DNA of 64,000 nucleotides from Eledone cirrhosa (lineage: Eukaryota): positions 126,108,001-126,172,000 of the forward strand of contig OZ024743.1 in NCBI GenBank assembly GCA_964016885.1, written 5' to 3'. Below the pieces are notes generated by a model that saw nothing but the letters and a program-made list of their open reading frames with translations, was not told the origin of the DNA and searched no databases. How positions within the stretch are numbered: position 1 is the stretch's first letter; each line of letters begins with the position of its first letter. Made by a program: the position numbers and the translations under genes. Shown here in pieces: positions 1 through 15,215 of the stretch.

Positions 1-79
1 CATGCAGGTCATTCTTGGAGTAATAGAAGTGAAAGGGTGAATAATAACATGGTCGGCTGTACAAAAAGCGTTTTATTTA

Positions 80-192
80 CAGTATTAACAATTGTTTCAT
101 TGATCAGGTGAGTCTAAAGGCTGCTAATCACTCGAAGTTGCGTCACTCGACCTTAAATACAGTGTGTCTCTGATCAAATCATCGGAATACTG
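80..192 (-). ncRNA. Type I hammerhead-like motif, variant core CCGAUGA, long helix II, in a probable PLE pseudo-LTR remnant (about 1-330)
   Basis: Minus strand: cagtatt CCGATGA t ttgatcag...ctgatcaa t GAAA caattg TT aatactg; 7-bp helix I, palindromic helix III, then AATAAA. Confidence 0.7.
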
Positions 193-1222
193 AAGGATGT
201 AACACAGGGCACTGGTATTTATAGATACATCGGAGAATCAAGTGAATGAAAACAATAACGTCAATAATAAAAGATAATAATAAAGAAGTAAAAATGATAA
301 AGATGTAAAGATGTATCTGTCAACCGACCAACAGATCATTAAATCAACATCATAAATCTCCCAACATCTCTTCCACTCTCTCTCTATAACCGCATCACCT
401 CCATTAAGATAAAACAATCAGTCTGCCAGACCTTATCACCCATATATCATCACTGCCCCTTTCACTTTTTATTCTCTATCTACTCCTTCCTGGTCCTTAG
501 TCCTACCCCTTATGCCTCATCCTCGAATCCTTATCCTCACTCTCTGTCTCCTGTCCCTTATCTCTTTCTCTCTTGTTATTTTTTATTTTAATCCTCTAGG
601 ATTTTATTGCACCTCTTGCATTTTTATTTCAACAATTTATACTACATATCATGTATTTCGTATTTCTTTTCATGTTATTGTTATCTTTACCATCATCACT
701 ATTTTACACATCCACTTACTCACAATTATAACTTCAACTACCACCACCACCACTACTACTATTATCAGCAACCGTATTTCGTACTTATTTTTTACATCTT
801 TATCATTAAAGTTTAGGCTGAAACATAGGTCTCGGGGGTCGTGCAAGTTTATGCACAAACAAGGAGTCTGAATACAGATCCTTCCTTGATGAAGTCACTC
901 ATAATGTGACAGCTCATCTAGCTTATAGAAGGATGGAAAATAGACATTAAACATGAGAAGTGTATGATCTACCGCATGAAACCACATTAACGAGACATTC
1001 TTGAAAAGTACAAAAGAGTATCTAGACTGCATTACATTTAAAAAAATTAAAGTTTCTTCTCAAATGTAGCAACATTTTCACAATGGTCTGTCCACAACTA
1101 AAGATACTATAAACATTTGAATTAAGAAACCTGTTTTTTTATATTTTCTTCTAAATGATTACAGGATGTTAAGAGTAATGTACACCTGGAGCGTGTATTT
1201 CCTTATATGTCAGCAACTCTGA

Positions 1223-1435
<213 letters not shown>

Positions 1436-1643
1436 TAACCCTTTTGCTACCATATTTCTAATGAAAGGCACTAGTTTTCAAATAAAAACCTTCCGTCATA
1501 ATTTTATAAAAAGCTTTTAAGTTATGTTCCAAACACCAGATAAATATTTTAAAAATTATTTGAAAATTATAGTCAGTGTCTTACAGTATAGTAACAGAAG
1601 GATTAAATCATACTTTAACACATATCATTGTCAGATTCATTAA

Positions 1644-1979
<336 letters not shown>

Positions 1980-3011
1980 TGAAAAGTACAAAACAGCACT
2001 ATGACTGCATCCTTTATTCTAATACTGCAAATTTTCACAATGATTTGTGTTCTAATAAAGATACTATAAACATTTGAATTAACAAGCCTATTTTTTAAAG
2101 ATATTCTCTGTTAAATCCTTATAGAATGTTAAGAGTTAATATATAGGCACTGGCATGGCTGTGTGATTAAGGAACTCACTTTGCAACAACAAAGTTTTGT
2201 GCTTAGTCTCATTGTGTGACAACTTCGGTCTTTTACTATAACCCTAGGGTGACCAATGTCTTGTGATTAGAATTTAGTAGACAGATATTGCAGAAGCCCA
2301 TTGTCATCATCATCATTTAATGTTTGATTTCCCTGCTAGCAAGGCTGGACAGGTCATTACAGACAAAGTCACTACTTAATCAGTGTTATTGACCTCTCAG
2401 ATGGACCAGGAGACTGCTTCTCACATTCATTCCGATATGCTACAGAGTACACCAGATGCATTTTATCATGACACTAGCACTAGATTGGTTGTCATGTCTT
2501 CAACACACCTGTGACTAGACAGGTCAAGTGACTACATCTTACTCATATGTTCCATTGACATGGTTTCTATGGTTGAATGCCGTTCTTAATGCCAACCACT
2601 TTACAGGATATACTGGGTGCTTTTCATCATTGCACCAGCATTACCACTTTATAGAGTGGGCTGGGTGCATTTTATTGTGGTATCAGCACCTCCCTATTAC
2701 AACACCTTATCCAGGCCAAGAAGGCAGTGATGGGAATGGTTGGAGCTAAGAGGGGGTGGCATAGACACACAAGTATATACAATGCATCTCCATTTCTCAT
2801 ACAACATTAACAATGTACATTATCTTTCGAATTGTGGCTTTGTAGATCCAGTAGATATCTCATGCTGGTTTTTTCATGTTTTATTTTTGTGAAAAAAAAA
2901 ATGTTACTTATATTGTTTCACAGAAGGAATAGAATTAAATTTAAAAACATCAGAAACATTTTTTTTTTTATTTCATCTTTTGAGAAGAGTTTTATATATT
3001 TTCTATTGTAG

Positions 3012-3104
<93 letters not shown>

Positions 3105-3795
3105 TAAGCATAGTATTCCATATATTTTTCTAAAACATCTCAAGAAAGAATCTGTAAAATTGCATTTGTTAATTTGTTAATTTGTTAATTTTGTTTATTA
3201 TAGGCACATAATAATAGTGAACCTACATTAACTGTTGAACGTTACTTAGTGCATTTCTATATTTCTAGTGAAAGACACAGCATATGGTTTTCAAATAATT
3301 ATGAAAATATTCAAGAATTTGGAGGGATTTAATAATATAACTAACTTTCTTATTAAGCAGATTTTTGGAGTATAACTTGACATGTTTTTAGATATAATTA
3401 TGATGGAAGGATTTTAAATAGGTGTAAACACTTTAAAACAAACAATTTTGTGTCATAGAACCAGGGACAGTTTTAGGTGATTCGGTATCAAAAGCTCTAC
3501 TGCAAGGATCTGTTTGAGAACATTGAGAGAATATGCAACAAATAAAACATCAGAACATGATTCAAGATGATTCACTAAAATATTTACCAAGAAAAAATGT
3601 CCTTAAATATATATATACATATATCTATGTATTATAAAGGGTCAGGGCCCTGGCAGCCAGTTTTGGACTCAAGAACTGGCAAGATCTCAGCCGTCGGGGT
3701 CCTGACCCTGTATAATATAACCATATTCTACTAACCTAAGTATCAAGTACTTTGTTGAGTAATGGTCTAACCAGTTTCAAACTGAATCCATCCTG

Positions 3796-3825
<30 letters not shown>

Positions 3826-3826
<1 letters not shown>

Positions 3827-4075
3827 GAACAGATTAAAGTTTAAGCAAAGAATCACTGCTTTCACCCTTAACGGGATCTTCTGAAACTAAAAAAATTAAT
3901 ATGTTGACGCAGAAGTAAATATTTCAAAAAAAACGTTACAACCGAACGAAACCAAGCAGACGATACTTTGGTCCGTGAAGACGTTCTCTGGCAATGAACG
4001 GAAAAAAAGCGAGGATAATTACGTTGTTATGTGGAGCGTGAAGAACAATTTCTTGCAAAGATAAAACCACATTTA
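3826..4075 (-). mobile_element. Penelope pseudo-LTR fragment, related to 46600-46920
   Basis: Reverse-complement similarity to 9322-9590 and 46690-46840; abuts (TA)n. Confidence 0.75.
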
Positions 4076-4270
4076 TGGTATAAAAGAAGTCATTAGACTA
4101 ATATTCTATTTAGAATAACTGAATGATTTCCAGCTCCAGAGTTTGAGAATAATGTAAATAAAATTATTAAATGAAAATGACAGAAGTTATTAGTAAAAGT
4201 AAATAATGATGAGAACATTAATGTATTGTTATAAGATTTAGGCCCATGCATATGTATACATGCATATATA

Positions 4271-4638
4271 CGACCATGACCTCTGGCGTCACGCAGTAAT
4301 ACAGAAGACCCAACTTCCCACGGGTACAAGCCAAAGCTGAAGCATATAGACAATATGCCCCCACCAACTCCCACTGCAAATTTGTGTTGGAGGTGCCACG
4401 CAAAAAAGTACCCAGCCCACGCTGTAAAGTGGACATGTAGGCGCCACAAAAGAAAAAGCACCCAGCACGCACTGTAAATGAGGTTGGTGTTAGGAAGGGC
4501 ATCCAGCTGTAGAAATCAAGCGAGAATCAGTTCCCGTATGAGCAAGACAAGATCAGCCGACCAGACATTGCCCACAACAAGACAACCTGTCTAACCCATG
4601 CTAGCATGGAAGAGCGGACATAAAACAGTGATGATGAT
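4271..4638 (+). mobile_element. 5'-truncated RTE LINE 3' tail
   Basis: Matches the 3' UTR of the RTEs at 6235 and 22931 (aggaagggcatccagctgtagaaa motif); (GAT)n tail. Confidence 0.88.
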
Positions 4639-5247
4639 ATATATATATCAATAATATTAATATATATACTAATAATATTAATATATATATATAAACAATG
4701 AGTTATTTGTTTCGTTGATTATTCAACAAAGTTAATTTATAACAGATTAGAAGCACTCAACAGCATTCTTTTGGAGTATAATATCAATAATATTAATAAA
4801 TGGAAAATACCCTTATAAAACCATATTTATTTTATTATACATATTTCAAGGGTACCAGTATTTTGGTACGCTTTCGTCAAATAAAATATTTGGTTTAAAG
4901 ATAATGACATATCGACATATGAACTTAATGTTATGAGTTCAATGCGGATAGTGGATAAATATTCAAAACTCAGGATAAATATACTAATGAGGATAACGTT
5001 AAAACTGAAAAGAACCGTTAAGTTTAGACGCTAGATATATTTAAATAATTATCTCAATTGTTTTCTATTAAAATTGAAGAAAGAAATATTTAAAGCTAGT
5101 TTCGGAATATTTATAGAAATATGCATATATATGTCCGAACATATTTACATGGGTATAGAAAGCATGAAATAATTATATTTATTTTTATTTATTTAATTTT
5201 ATAATTTGGAAGTATTTATAATATTAAGGTGAGAACTATAAATTAAT

Positions 5248-5429
5248 TGTTTCTACTTTTGGCACAAGGCCATCAATTACCCAGTACATTACTGCTACTT
5301 TATTTTATCGACCCCGTAAGGATGAAAGGCAAAGTGAACCTCGGCGGGATTTGAACTCACACCGTAAAGGGACGTAACTATGCTGGAAAGCATAGCGTCC
5401 AACTCTCTACCGATACTGCCAATCCACCA
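5248..5429 (-). mobile_element. tRNA-derived SINE with 18-bp TSD
   Basis: B-box gagttcaaatcc on minus strand; TSD tgagaactataaattaat at 5230-5247 and 5430-5447. Confidence 0.9.
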
Positions 5430-6032
5430 TGAGAACTATAAATTAATGTATTAAAGTAAGAACTCTAAATTCAATCTCTTAAAATACAATACACTATACT
5501 TATAACTGCACTCATCATAATATTAAAACACACCCGTAAAATACATTCAATAGTATATATAAATATAAGGTATCTTTCACACATTAAATTAAGAGGTTAA
5601 CTTTGCCTTTCATTCTTACGGGGTCGATAAAATAAAGTACCAGTAATGTACTGGGTAATTGCTATAGTTCTCACCTTAATATTATAAATACTTCCAAATT
5701 ATAAAATTAAATAAATAAAAATAAATATAATTATTTCATTCTTTCCATACCCATGTAAATATGTTCGGACATATATATGCATATTTCTATAAATATTCTG
5801 AAACTAGCTTTAAATATTTTTTCTTCAATTTTAATAGAAAACCTCTTTTTTTTAAAAAAATAATTGAGATAATTATTTAAATATATCTAGCGTCTAAACT
5901 TAATGGTGCTTTTCAGTTTTAATGTTGTCCTCATTAGCATATTTATCCTGAGTTTTGAATATTTATCCACTATCCGCATTGAACTCATAACATTAAGTTC
6001 ATATGTCGATATGTCATTATCTTTAAACCAAA

Positions 6033-6093
6033 TATTTTATCTGACGAAAGCGTACCAAAATACTGGTACCCTTGAAATATGTATAATAAAATA
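6033..6093 (+). ncRNA. Type I hammerhead ribozyme motif with canonical core; mirror copy at 4828-4888 (-) has C3U
   Basis: tattttat CTGACGA aag c gtacca aaatac tggtac c ctt GAAA tatgta TA ataaaata; 8-bp helix I. Confidence 0.75.
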
Positions 6094-6234
6094 AATATGG
6101 TTTTATAAGGGTATTTTCCATTTATTAATATTATTGATATTATACTCCAGAAGAATGCTGTTGAGTGCTTCTAATCTGTTATAAATTAAATTTGTTGAAT
6201 AATCAACAAAACAAATAACATTGTTTATATATAT

Positions 6235-9225
6235 ATCATCATCATCACCGTTTTTAACGTCCAGTCGACTGACCTTGTCTTGCTCATATAGGAACTGATT
6301 CTGGCTTGATTTCTACAGCTGGATGCCCTTCTTAACACCAACCTCATTTACAGTGAGTGCTGGGTGCTTTTTATCCATGGCACCTACACGTCCACTTTAT
6401 AGTGTGGGCTGGGTGCTTTTTATCTGTGGCACCTCCACGACCATTTTGCAGTGGGAGGGGATGGAGGCATATTGTCTATATGCTTCAGCTTCAGCTTGTT
6501 CCTGTGGGAAGTCGGGTCTTCTGTATTACTGCGTGACGCCAGGGGTCATGGTCTCGTGTGTCATCGCCCTTGAGTGGTGCAATTGGGTAAGGTCGGCTTT
6601 TATCACCTCATCCCAGGTCTTCTTTTGTCTCCCCACTCCACAGCTTCCATCGACTTCTAGTGCTCTGCACCTTTTTATGCAGCTGTCATCCTTCATACGC
6701 ATCACATGTCCATACCAATGTAACCTCCTCTCCTGCACACAGCATTTGATTCCTCTTATGCTCAGTGTCTCTCTCAATTTGTTTATGCTTTGCCGTTCGC
6801 GTATATTACTTTTACACATCCATCGGAGCATGCAGGCTTCGTTTCTCTCTAATCTACGTAAGTCTTCCACCTTCAGCGCCCAGGTCTCACTACCATGTAA
6901 CATTGCTGTTCGTATACACGCATCATACAGTCTGCCTTTCATTTTGAGGGAAAATCCTTTTGCAGCTAGCAGTGGCAGTAGCTCCCTGAACTTCTTCCAT
7001 CCTGTTCTTACCCTAGTTATTGTACTTTCCGAATATCCACCTCCGCTGTTAATTCGGTCACCTAGGTAGCAGAAGTTGTCTACTGTTTCTACAGAGCCCT
7101 CCCAGAGTTTGGTGGTGCTTGTTTCCTGTGGCCGTTTGCTGCTTGCTGTCCGAGCACAGCTGCTACATATGAAGCCTACATTCTTAGTTAAGCTTCCTGA
7201 GATCTCACTACATCTCTTGTGTACCCATTGTTTGCATTTGGGGAAGAAGATGGAGTTCCTACCTACACCTTTCCTACATACTGAGCAAGGCCATTTCCCT
7301 GAGGGGATCTGGGTTCTGTTTTCTCGTCTACTTACAAGAACCTTAATCTTTGTCAGGTTGACTCTGAGACCCTTTCTTTCTAGTCCCTGCTTCCATGTTT
7401 GGAATTTCGTCTCTAGTTCCACCATAGATTCAGCTATAAGTGCGAGATCGCCCGCATATAGGAGTGCTCATGGGCATCCAGTCTTAAACTCCTCGGTTAT
7501 TGCTTGCAAAACTATAATCAACAGGAGAGGACTAAGAACAGAGCCCTGGTGGACACCGACCTGTATGCTAAATTCCTGGCTGTAGTCATTGTTAACCCTA
7601 ACTTTGCTGACTGCTCCTCCATACATGGCTTGTACAGATTTCACAAGCATTTCATCTACTCCTAATTTTCTAAGAGCCCACCAGATTATAGCACGGGAGA
7701 CTCTGTCGAAGGCCTTTTCTAGATCAACGAATGGCAGGTAGAGCGGCTTACTTTTAGCTAGGTACTTTTCTTGTAACTGCCTCACAAGGAAGAGGGCATC
7801 AGTGGTGCCTATTTCTGGTACAAACCCAAATTGCATCTCATCTAGTTTCACCAGGTCCCTAATCAACTGTGTTATAACTCTTTCTGTTACTTTCATGACC
7901 TGGTCCATCAGCTTTATACCTCTATAGTTTCCTCTATCTAGTGCATCACCTTTACTTTTGTAGCAGTTGACAATGATGCTGCTGCACCAACCCTTTGGTA
8001 TGATACCCTCTAGTATTACCTGGTTAACAATTTGTGTGGTTATGGTGTGACCTACTGACCCAAATGCCTTCAGCATCTCGGCAGCTATACCTGATGGAAT
8101 GGTTGCCTTCCCTGTCTTCATATCTTTGATTGCCTTACTTACTACGCTGCTGCTGACTTGTACTGCTGGCCCCTCTATAGAGTCCGCTTGGGGTAGGATC
8201 TCATCTGTCACCTTTAGTAAGTCATTTTTTAGGAACTCCCAGTGCTCTTCTACATTGAATGTCTCTATCTGTTCTTCTTTACTGCCGTAGGCGTCGAGTA
8301 GAATATCTTTAAACCTGTTACTGGCTGAGGGGTCTTTCAGCTTTCAGAGCTTTCTTCTCCAGGTTGCCTTCTGTTTCCAAGTTCGTCTAGTTTTGACAGT
8401 GAGGTCGCTGATAACTAAGTTATGTTTGGAGGTATATTCCTCACCAGGGAAGGCTTTTGTGTTTACAACTGTCAATCTATCACGCCCTCTGATGAGGATA
8501 AAATCTATCTGACTAGAATGCTCCCCTGATCTATAAGTGATCACATGGTTGTCGGGTTTTTTGAAGTTTGTGCTACATATCGACATGTCATTGGCGTCAC
8601 AGAATTCTAGAAGCCTGAAACCTTCTTCATTTCTTGTGCCAAACCCATGGCCTCCATGGACTATATAGAAGCCGTCACAGTGTTTACCAACGTGTCTGTT
8701 AATATCTCCTGCAATAATTGTCGGTCGTTAGGGCAGTAGTGTGCATTAGGGACTCGTAAAACCTATCCTTAAGTTCATCTGGCAACCCCGATTGGGATGC
8801 GCAAGCTGATACTATTGTGGCAGTTGTTTTATTCAGGACTAGTCTGAGTTTAATGATTCTTGCATTCACCCTGTTCACTGAGATTATCTTATCAACCCAC
8901 TTGTCAGCTAATAATATACCTACACCTCCCATCCCGTTGTCATTTTCCACCCAGAAAAATTTGTAGCATTGACTTTTGCCTACAACGACTCTAGCGGACT
9001 CTCCTCTCCATCTAGTCTCTTGCACACAGCATACATCAATTTCCTTTCACTCTAGAATCTCTACAATTTTTCCTGCTCTTCCTTTCATTGTGCTTACATT
9101 GATGGTTCCAACTCGGAGTGTTGGACATTTGCCATCACTCGTAGGATGGGGTGAATTTGTGTGTGGGGGGGGGGGTATGCCTCCTGTCTCTGGATTAAAG
9201 CTTTGCATGGGTGTTTGGTAGCTCA
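6235..9225 (-). mobile_element. RTE-clade LINE, near full length, pseudogenised (APE + RT)
   Basis: APE motifs (VGTINV, QETRW, SQIDFI), RT motifs (QFGF, DLEKAFD, GVHQGSVLSP, YAGD for YADD); stops; internal deletion near 8200 relative to the 48-51 kb RTE; (GAT)n tail. Confidence 0.95.
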
Positions 9226-9228
9226 TTT

Positions 9229-9785
9229 ATTAATTCGGGGTTGTTCCATTTATCCTCAGCTCATCCATAGATATCAGTAAAATAAATAGATATACAGTAA
9301 TTATATCTATTATAGATATCAGATAAATGTGGTTTTGTCTTTGCAAGAAATTGTTCTTCTCGCTCCACATAACGACATAATTATCCTCGCTTTTTTTCCA
9401 TTCATTGCCAGGGAACGTCTTCACGAACCAAAGTATCGTCTTCCTGTTGTAACGTTTTTCAAAATATTTACTTCTGCGTCCACAGATTGATTTTTTTTAG
9501 TTTCACAAGATCCTGTTAAGGGTGAAAGCAACGATTCTTTGCTTAAACTTTAAACCTTTCTTATAGTAAATATTTGCTCTACGGGTTTTTATATATATAC
9601 GGAGGAGATGACGAAGGACCGTGACAAGTGGAGAGATGCTATGCTGAATAGGACCCGTCCAACCCTTGCAAGCAGGGAAAAGCGAACGTAAAATGATGAT
9701 GATGATATATATATATATGTATGTATGTATATAATCCTTATCGAGCCCTCTTCGGATTTTAGTCTTCACATCTACTTTTACTATG
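9229..9785 (+). mobile_element. Penelope pseudo-LTR interrupted by a short RTE 3' tail (9601-9705)
   Basis: Similar to 46680-46930; the insert matches the RTE end at 50831-50940. Confidence 0.75.
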
Positions 9786-10094
9786 CTAGCGTGGAAGATG
9801 GACGTTAAACGATGATGATATATGTACACAAGGTGGCGGATTGGTAGGGTCGTTAGAACGTCAGATAGAATGCTTTATGATATTCATTCCAGCTCTCTGC
9901 TCTGAGTTCAAATCCTTTCGAGGTCAATAATAAAAAAGTACCAGTCTAATACTGGGGTCGATTCTTCCTCAGGAAGAAATCTGCTGTACTCAGTCCTGGA
10001 GAGGCATAGACTCCGCCAGGCTTAAAAGGCCCAAGAAACGCAGTATATCAGGAGTTATGGGACTATACCATACCATATGTACACACCATCATCA

Positions 10095-10157
<63 letters not shown>

Positions 10158-11770
10158 TGCATTTGTTTTCTATATGATTGGAACAATGTTTCCAACAGCA
10201 GCTTCAACAAAAAAACTTAGAGGCTTTGCAAATAAATTCTTCTTTAATTAAATCTAATAAAAAAACTTTTTATATGAATAAATGCTCTCACTAAAGCAAT
10301 TTTCTTTCGTTAAACCCTTTTGGTACCAAACTGCCTGCAATCACCCTAAGTCCTACAATATTATGCTGTTTCATCATCATCATGTCCGCTTTTCTGTTTA
10401 TTTTAACCTTTTCATTACTATATTTCTAATGAAATCATTTTGAAAATAATCAAGAATTTGGAGATGTTTAATAATAAAACATTTTTCATTATTAAGTAGG
10501 TGTTTGGAACATTGCTTAACAGAGATTCTTAAAAATTATGATTGAAGATTTCTATATAAATATAAATACTTTAAAATAAACAGCTTGTATTGTAGAACCA
10601 GGGGTAGTTTCAGGTGGCTTGGTATCAAAAAGGTTAAAGTCTTTATATTTATCTAAAACCCTTCTGCGATAATTTTATGTAAGAACCTTTAAGTTATTAT
10701 AAACACCAACTCAATTATGAAATTGTTAGATATGTTACTAAATCCTTCTGAATTTTTGAGTTTTCATTTCAAAATGATTGTCTTTCATTAGAAATATAGT
10801 AATGAAAGGGTCAATGCTCATTAGAATTATGGTGGTGGGGATTATCTAAAAAATATAATTATGAGTTCTGGAATTTTTGGAAAATCATAATTTCCATGAC
10901 AAAATAAGCTTGAGAACCACTGGTTTCAAATTGATGACTTCTTTATATTTAGTTTCACATTCTATCTGTATTGCTTTTATAAAATGTCTTATCCTTATTG
11001 GGAGAGCAAAGAAAGTCAATTTCATTTGCTTTGTTGCTATAACCATCATCATATTTATCTAACAGCTTTTCATGAGCTATGTTTCAAACATCAGCTTAAT
11101 AATTAAAAAGTTATATTATTAATTCCTTCCAAATTCTTGATAATTTTCACAATTTGGAAACCATAGACAGTGTCTTTCATTAGAAATATGGTAACAAAAG
11201 AGTTAATTTGTTTACAAATGCATTAATGGCTAAAATCTATAAGTTTGTTCTATACTATACTATAATATAGTATACTATACTATAGCATCACAAACAAACA
11301 CTGCTGATACATCAGTAATTCATCCCATAAAAAAATATAAAAATGTTTTTGAAACAAAATTCATTCAAAGATTTGCTTTCATGATAAGCAAGACATTTAT
11401 GTAATCTGTTAATTCAGTATCTATTTAATATGCTTGTTATCATAGCTGTATTTTGGCATTTGAAAATAAAAATAAAATTTGTTTAACTATTTTATCTTGA
11501 AATAGTGAAGAATTTTGTTTCTAGTGTAATAATAATATGGAGAAATATCAGTGGAAGTAACTGAGACTTTGGAACTGCTACTAAAGTTGTTAACTAAAAT
11601 GTATTCTCTCTAATCTTTTTAAAGAATTGATTTTACTGCAGAAAATTCATGAAATTCTTGTGTGGAGATTTTTAAAAACCTAACCCAAAATGTTAAGCAT
11701 GTCTTTGAAGTGTTAACTGTTTGTATAAACTACTTATTATTAAGTGTACTGTTATCTGTCAACAGTATGA

Positions 11771-12064
<294 letters not shown>

Positions 12065-12174
12065 TAAAATAATTGTAGAGATAATTATTTTCAAATACAA
12101 CAACTATAAAAACAACAAGCATTTTAATACCATTATCCCTGCTAAAGCAGAATTTAAACTTGCAGGCCCCATGA

Positions 12175-12825
<651 letters not shown>

Positions 12826-13994
12826 TAGAGAGTTAATGAAATAACTAACTTTCAACTTAATAATAAAAGACAAATATTTAACTATTGAAATCCAATATTA
12901 TGTTATGAAATAATTATTTCTAATATTGGCACAAGACCAGCAATGTAGAGGAAGGGGAAAGTTGATTTTATTAACCCCAATACTTAACTGGTATTTTATT
13001 TTATTGACCATGGGAGGAGGAAAAATAAAGTTGACCTCAGCAGAATTTGAACTTAGAACATAAAGAACCCTAACAGATATTGCTAAGCATTTGTCTGACG
13101 CTTTAATGGCTTATCTGCTATGTAATAATGAGATTTTAAGTCGAGGTTTGAATTTAAGTTTGACAATTTAATAGAGGCAATTTTACACAGGTTGGTGTTA
13201 GTAATGCTTAATATTTTATTTGATGGTATATGAAATACATTGTAGCAAGAAATATTAAGAAAATGATCAAATATTGTGTAATTGCAGGTAAGCGTTGAAT
13301 GTTATTTATAACATGTAGCTCAATTCAAGGTTAAGACCTGGATATGTTTTAGCCCTTTTTAAAAATTTATTTTGTTTTGTTTGATAAAAAATAATTGGGT
13401 CTTCTATACCATCAAATATAGGAGCTCAACAGGACCAGTCTCAGATGTTATTATCAACTGTTATGACTGTATTTCTAATAACAATAAGCATTTATCAAAT
13501 AACAAATGTTTGTCCTTTTTTAGTGCTGTCATACCAAAATTTCTATGTATATATTAGATGATGTAAGTGGTTTAAAGGATAATGGGGATAACACTTAGTT
13601 TTAACACTTTCATGACCATGTTTCTAAAGAAATGTACTATATTTTAATTAATTAACGAAGAATTCATTAAGATGCTATCTGTAACATTAATTAATTTAAA
13701 GGATTTTACTAAAAATATTGATTCATTTTAAAGATAACTTCATTAAGATAATATTTCCAACATAACTTAACCTTTTGTTAAGTTATATTATGTAGGAAGG
13801 TTTCAGTTTAAATAAGGACCTTTTAAAATGAGTGGTTAGATTTCATAAAATTAGAGGCCATTTTGGTATAAAAAAAAATTAACGGTAATTGCTGGCCTTG
13901 TGCCAAAAGTAGAAACAATTATTAATAGTTTACTTCCATATAGAAGGCTTGGCTAGAGTTAGACATTTCAAATCTTAGTAACCATTTTATTATT

Positions 13995-15215
13995 TCATCT
14001 GTTGGTGTATCATCTGTTGATATATCATCTGTTGGTGTATCATCTGTTAGTATGTTATCTCATCTGTTGGTGTATCATTTGTTAGTATGTTATCTCATCT
14101 GTTGGTGTGTTATCTGTTGATATATCATCTGTTGATATATCATCTGTTGATATATCATCTGTTGATATATCATCTGTTGGGATGTCATCTGTTGATATAT
14201 CATCTGTTAGTATATCATCTGTTGGTATATCATCTGTTAGTATATTATCTGTTGATATATCACCTGTTGGTATATTATCTGTTGGTATATCACCTGTTGA
14301 GATATCATCTGTTGGGATGTCATCTGTTGGTATATCATCTGTTGGGATGTCATCTGTTGATATATCACCTGTTGGTATATCATCTGTTGAGATATCATCT
14401 GTTGGTGTATCATCTGTTGAGATATCATCTGTTGGTATCATCTTCTGTTGGTATCATCTTCTGTTGGTATCATCTTCTGTTGGTATATCATCTGTTGGTA
14501 TTTCATCTGTTGGTATATCATCTGTTAGTATATCATCTGTTGGTATATCGTCTGTTGGGATGTCATCTGTTGATATATCACCTGTTGGTATATCACCTGT
14601 TGATGTATCATCTGTTGGTGTATCATCTGTTGATGTATCATCTGTTGATGTATCATCTGTTGAGATATCATCTGTTGATATATCATCTGTTGAGATATCA
14701 TCTGTTGAGATATCATCTGTTGAGATATCATCTGTTGAGATATCATCTGTTGAGATATCATCTGTTGAGATATCATCTGTTAGTATGTTATCTGTTGGTA
14801 TCACCTTCTGTTGGTGTATCATCTGTTAGTATATTATCTGTTGGTATATCACCTGTTGGTATATCATCTGTTGATATATCATCTGTTAGTATATCATCTG
14901 TTAGTATATCATCTGTTGGTATATCATCTGTTGGTATATCATCTGTTGGTATATCATCTGTTGGTATATCATGTGTTGGTATATCATCTGTTAGTATATC
15001 ATCTGTTGGGATGTCATCTGTTGATATATCACCTGTTGGTATATCATCTGTTGAGATATCATCTGTTGAGATATCATCTGTTGAGATATCATCTGTTGAG
15101 ATATCATCTGTTGAGATATCATCTGTTGAGATATCATCTGTTGGTATCATCTTCTGTTGGTGTATCATCTGTTGATATATCATCTGTTAGTATGTTATCT
15201 CATCTGTTGGTTTAG
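13995..15215. repeat. 15-bp minisatellite (atatcatctgttgRt), about 80 units
   Basis: Direct reading; produces the repetitive YHLL, SSVDI and DDIST ORFs. Confidence 0.97.

Larger units (their letters stand above)
4685..6236. repeat. Palindrome of about 1.55 kb: inverted PLE-like pseudo-LTR arms 4685-5342 and 5593-6236
   Basis: Arms are near-identical reverse complements with small indels; each has a hammerhead motif; (TA)n on both sides. Confidence 0.92.

Noticed and set aside
886-910. Partial hammerhead ttgatga a gtcac tcataat gtgac
   Set aside because: GAAA and helix III are missing; at most a truncated remnant
9985-10065. ctggaga...gaaacgcagta hammerhead-like string
   Set aside because: Core mismatch and no convincing helix I or continuous helix II
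14082-15215. Long ORFs on both strands (YHLL, SSVDI, DDIST repeats)
   Set aside because: By-product of a stop-free 15-bp minisatellite inside an intron; no splice or domain support
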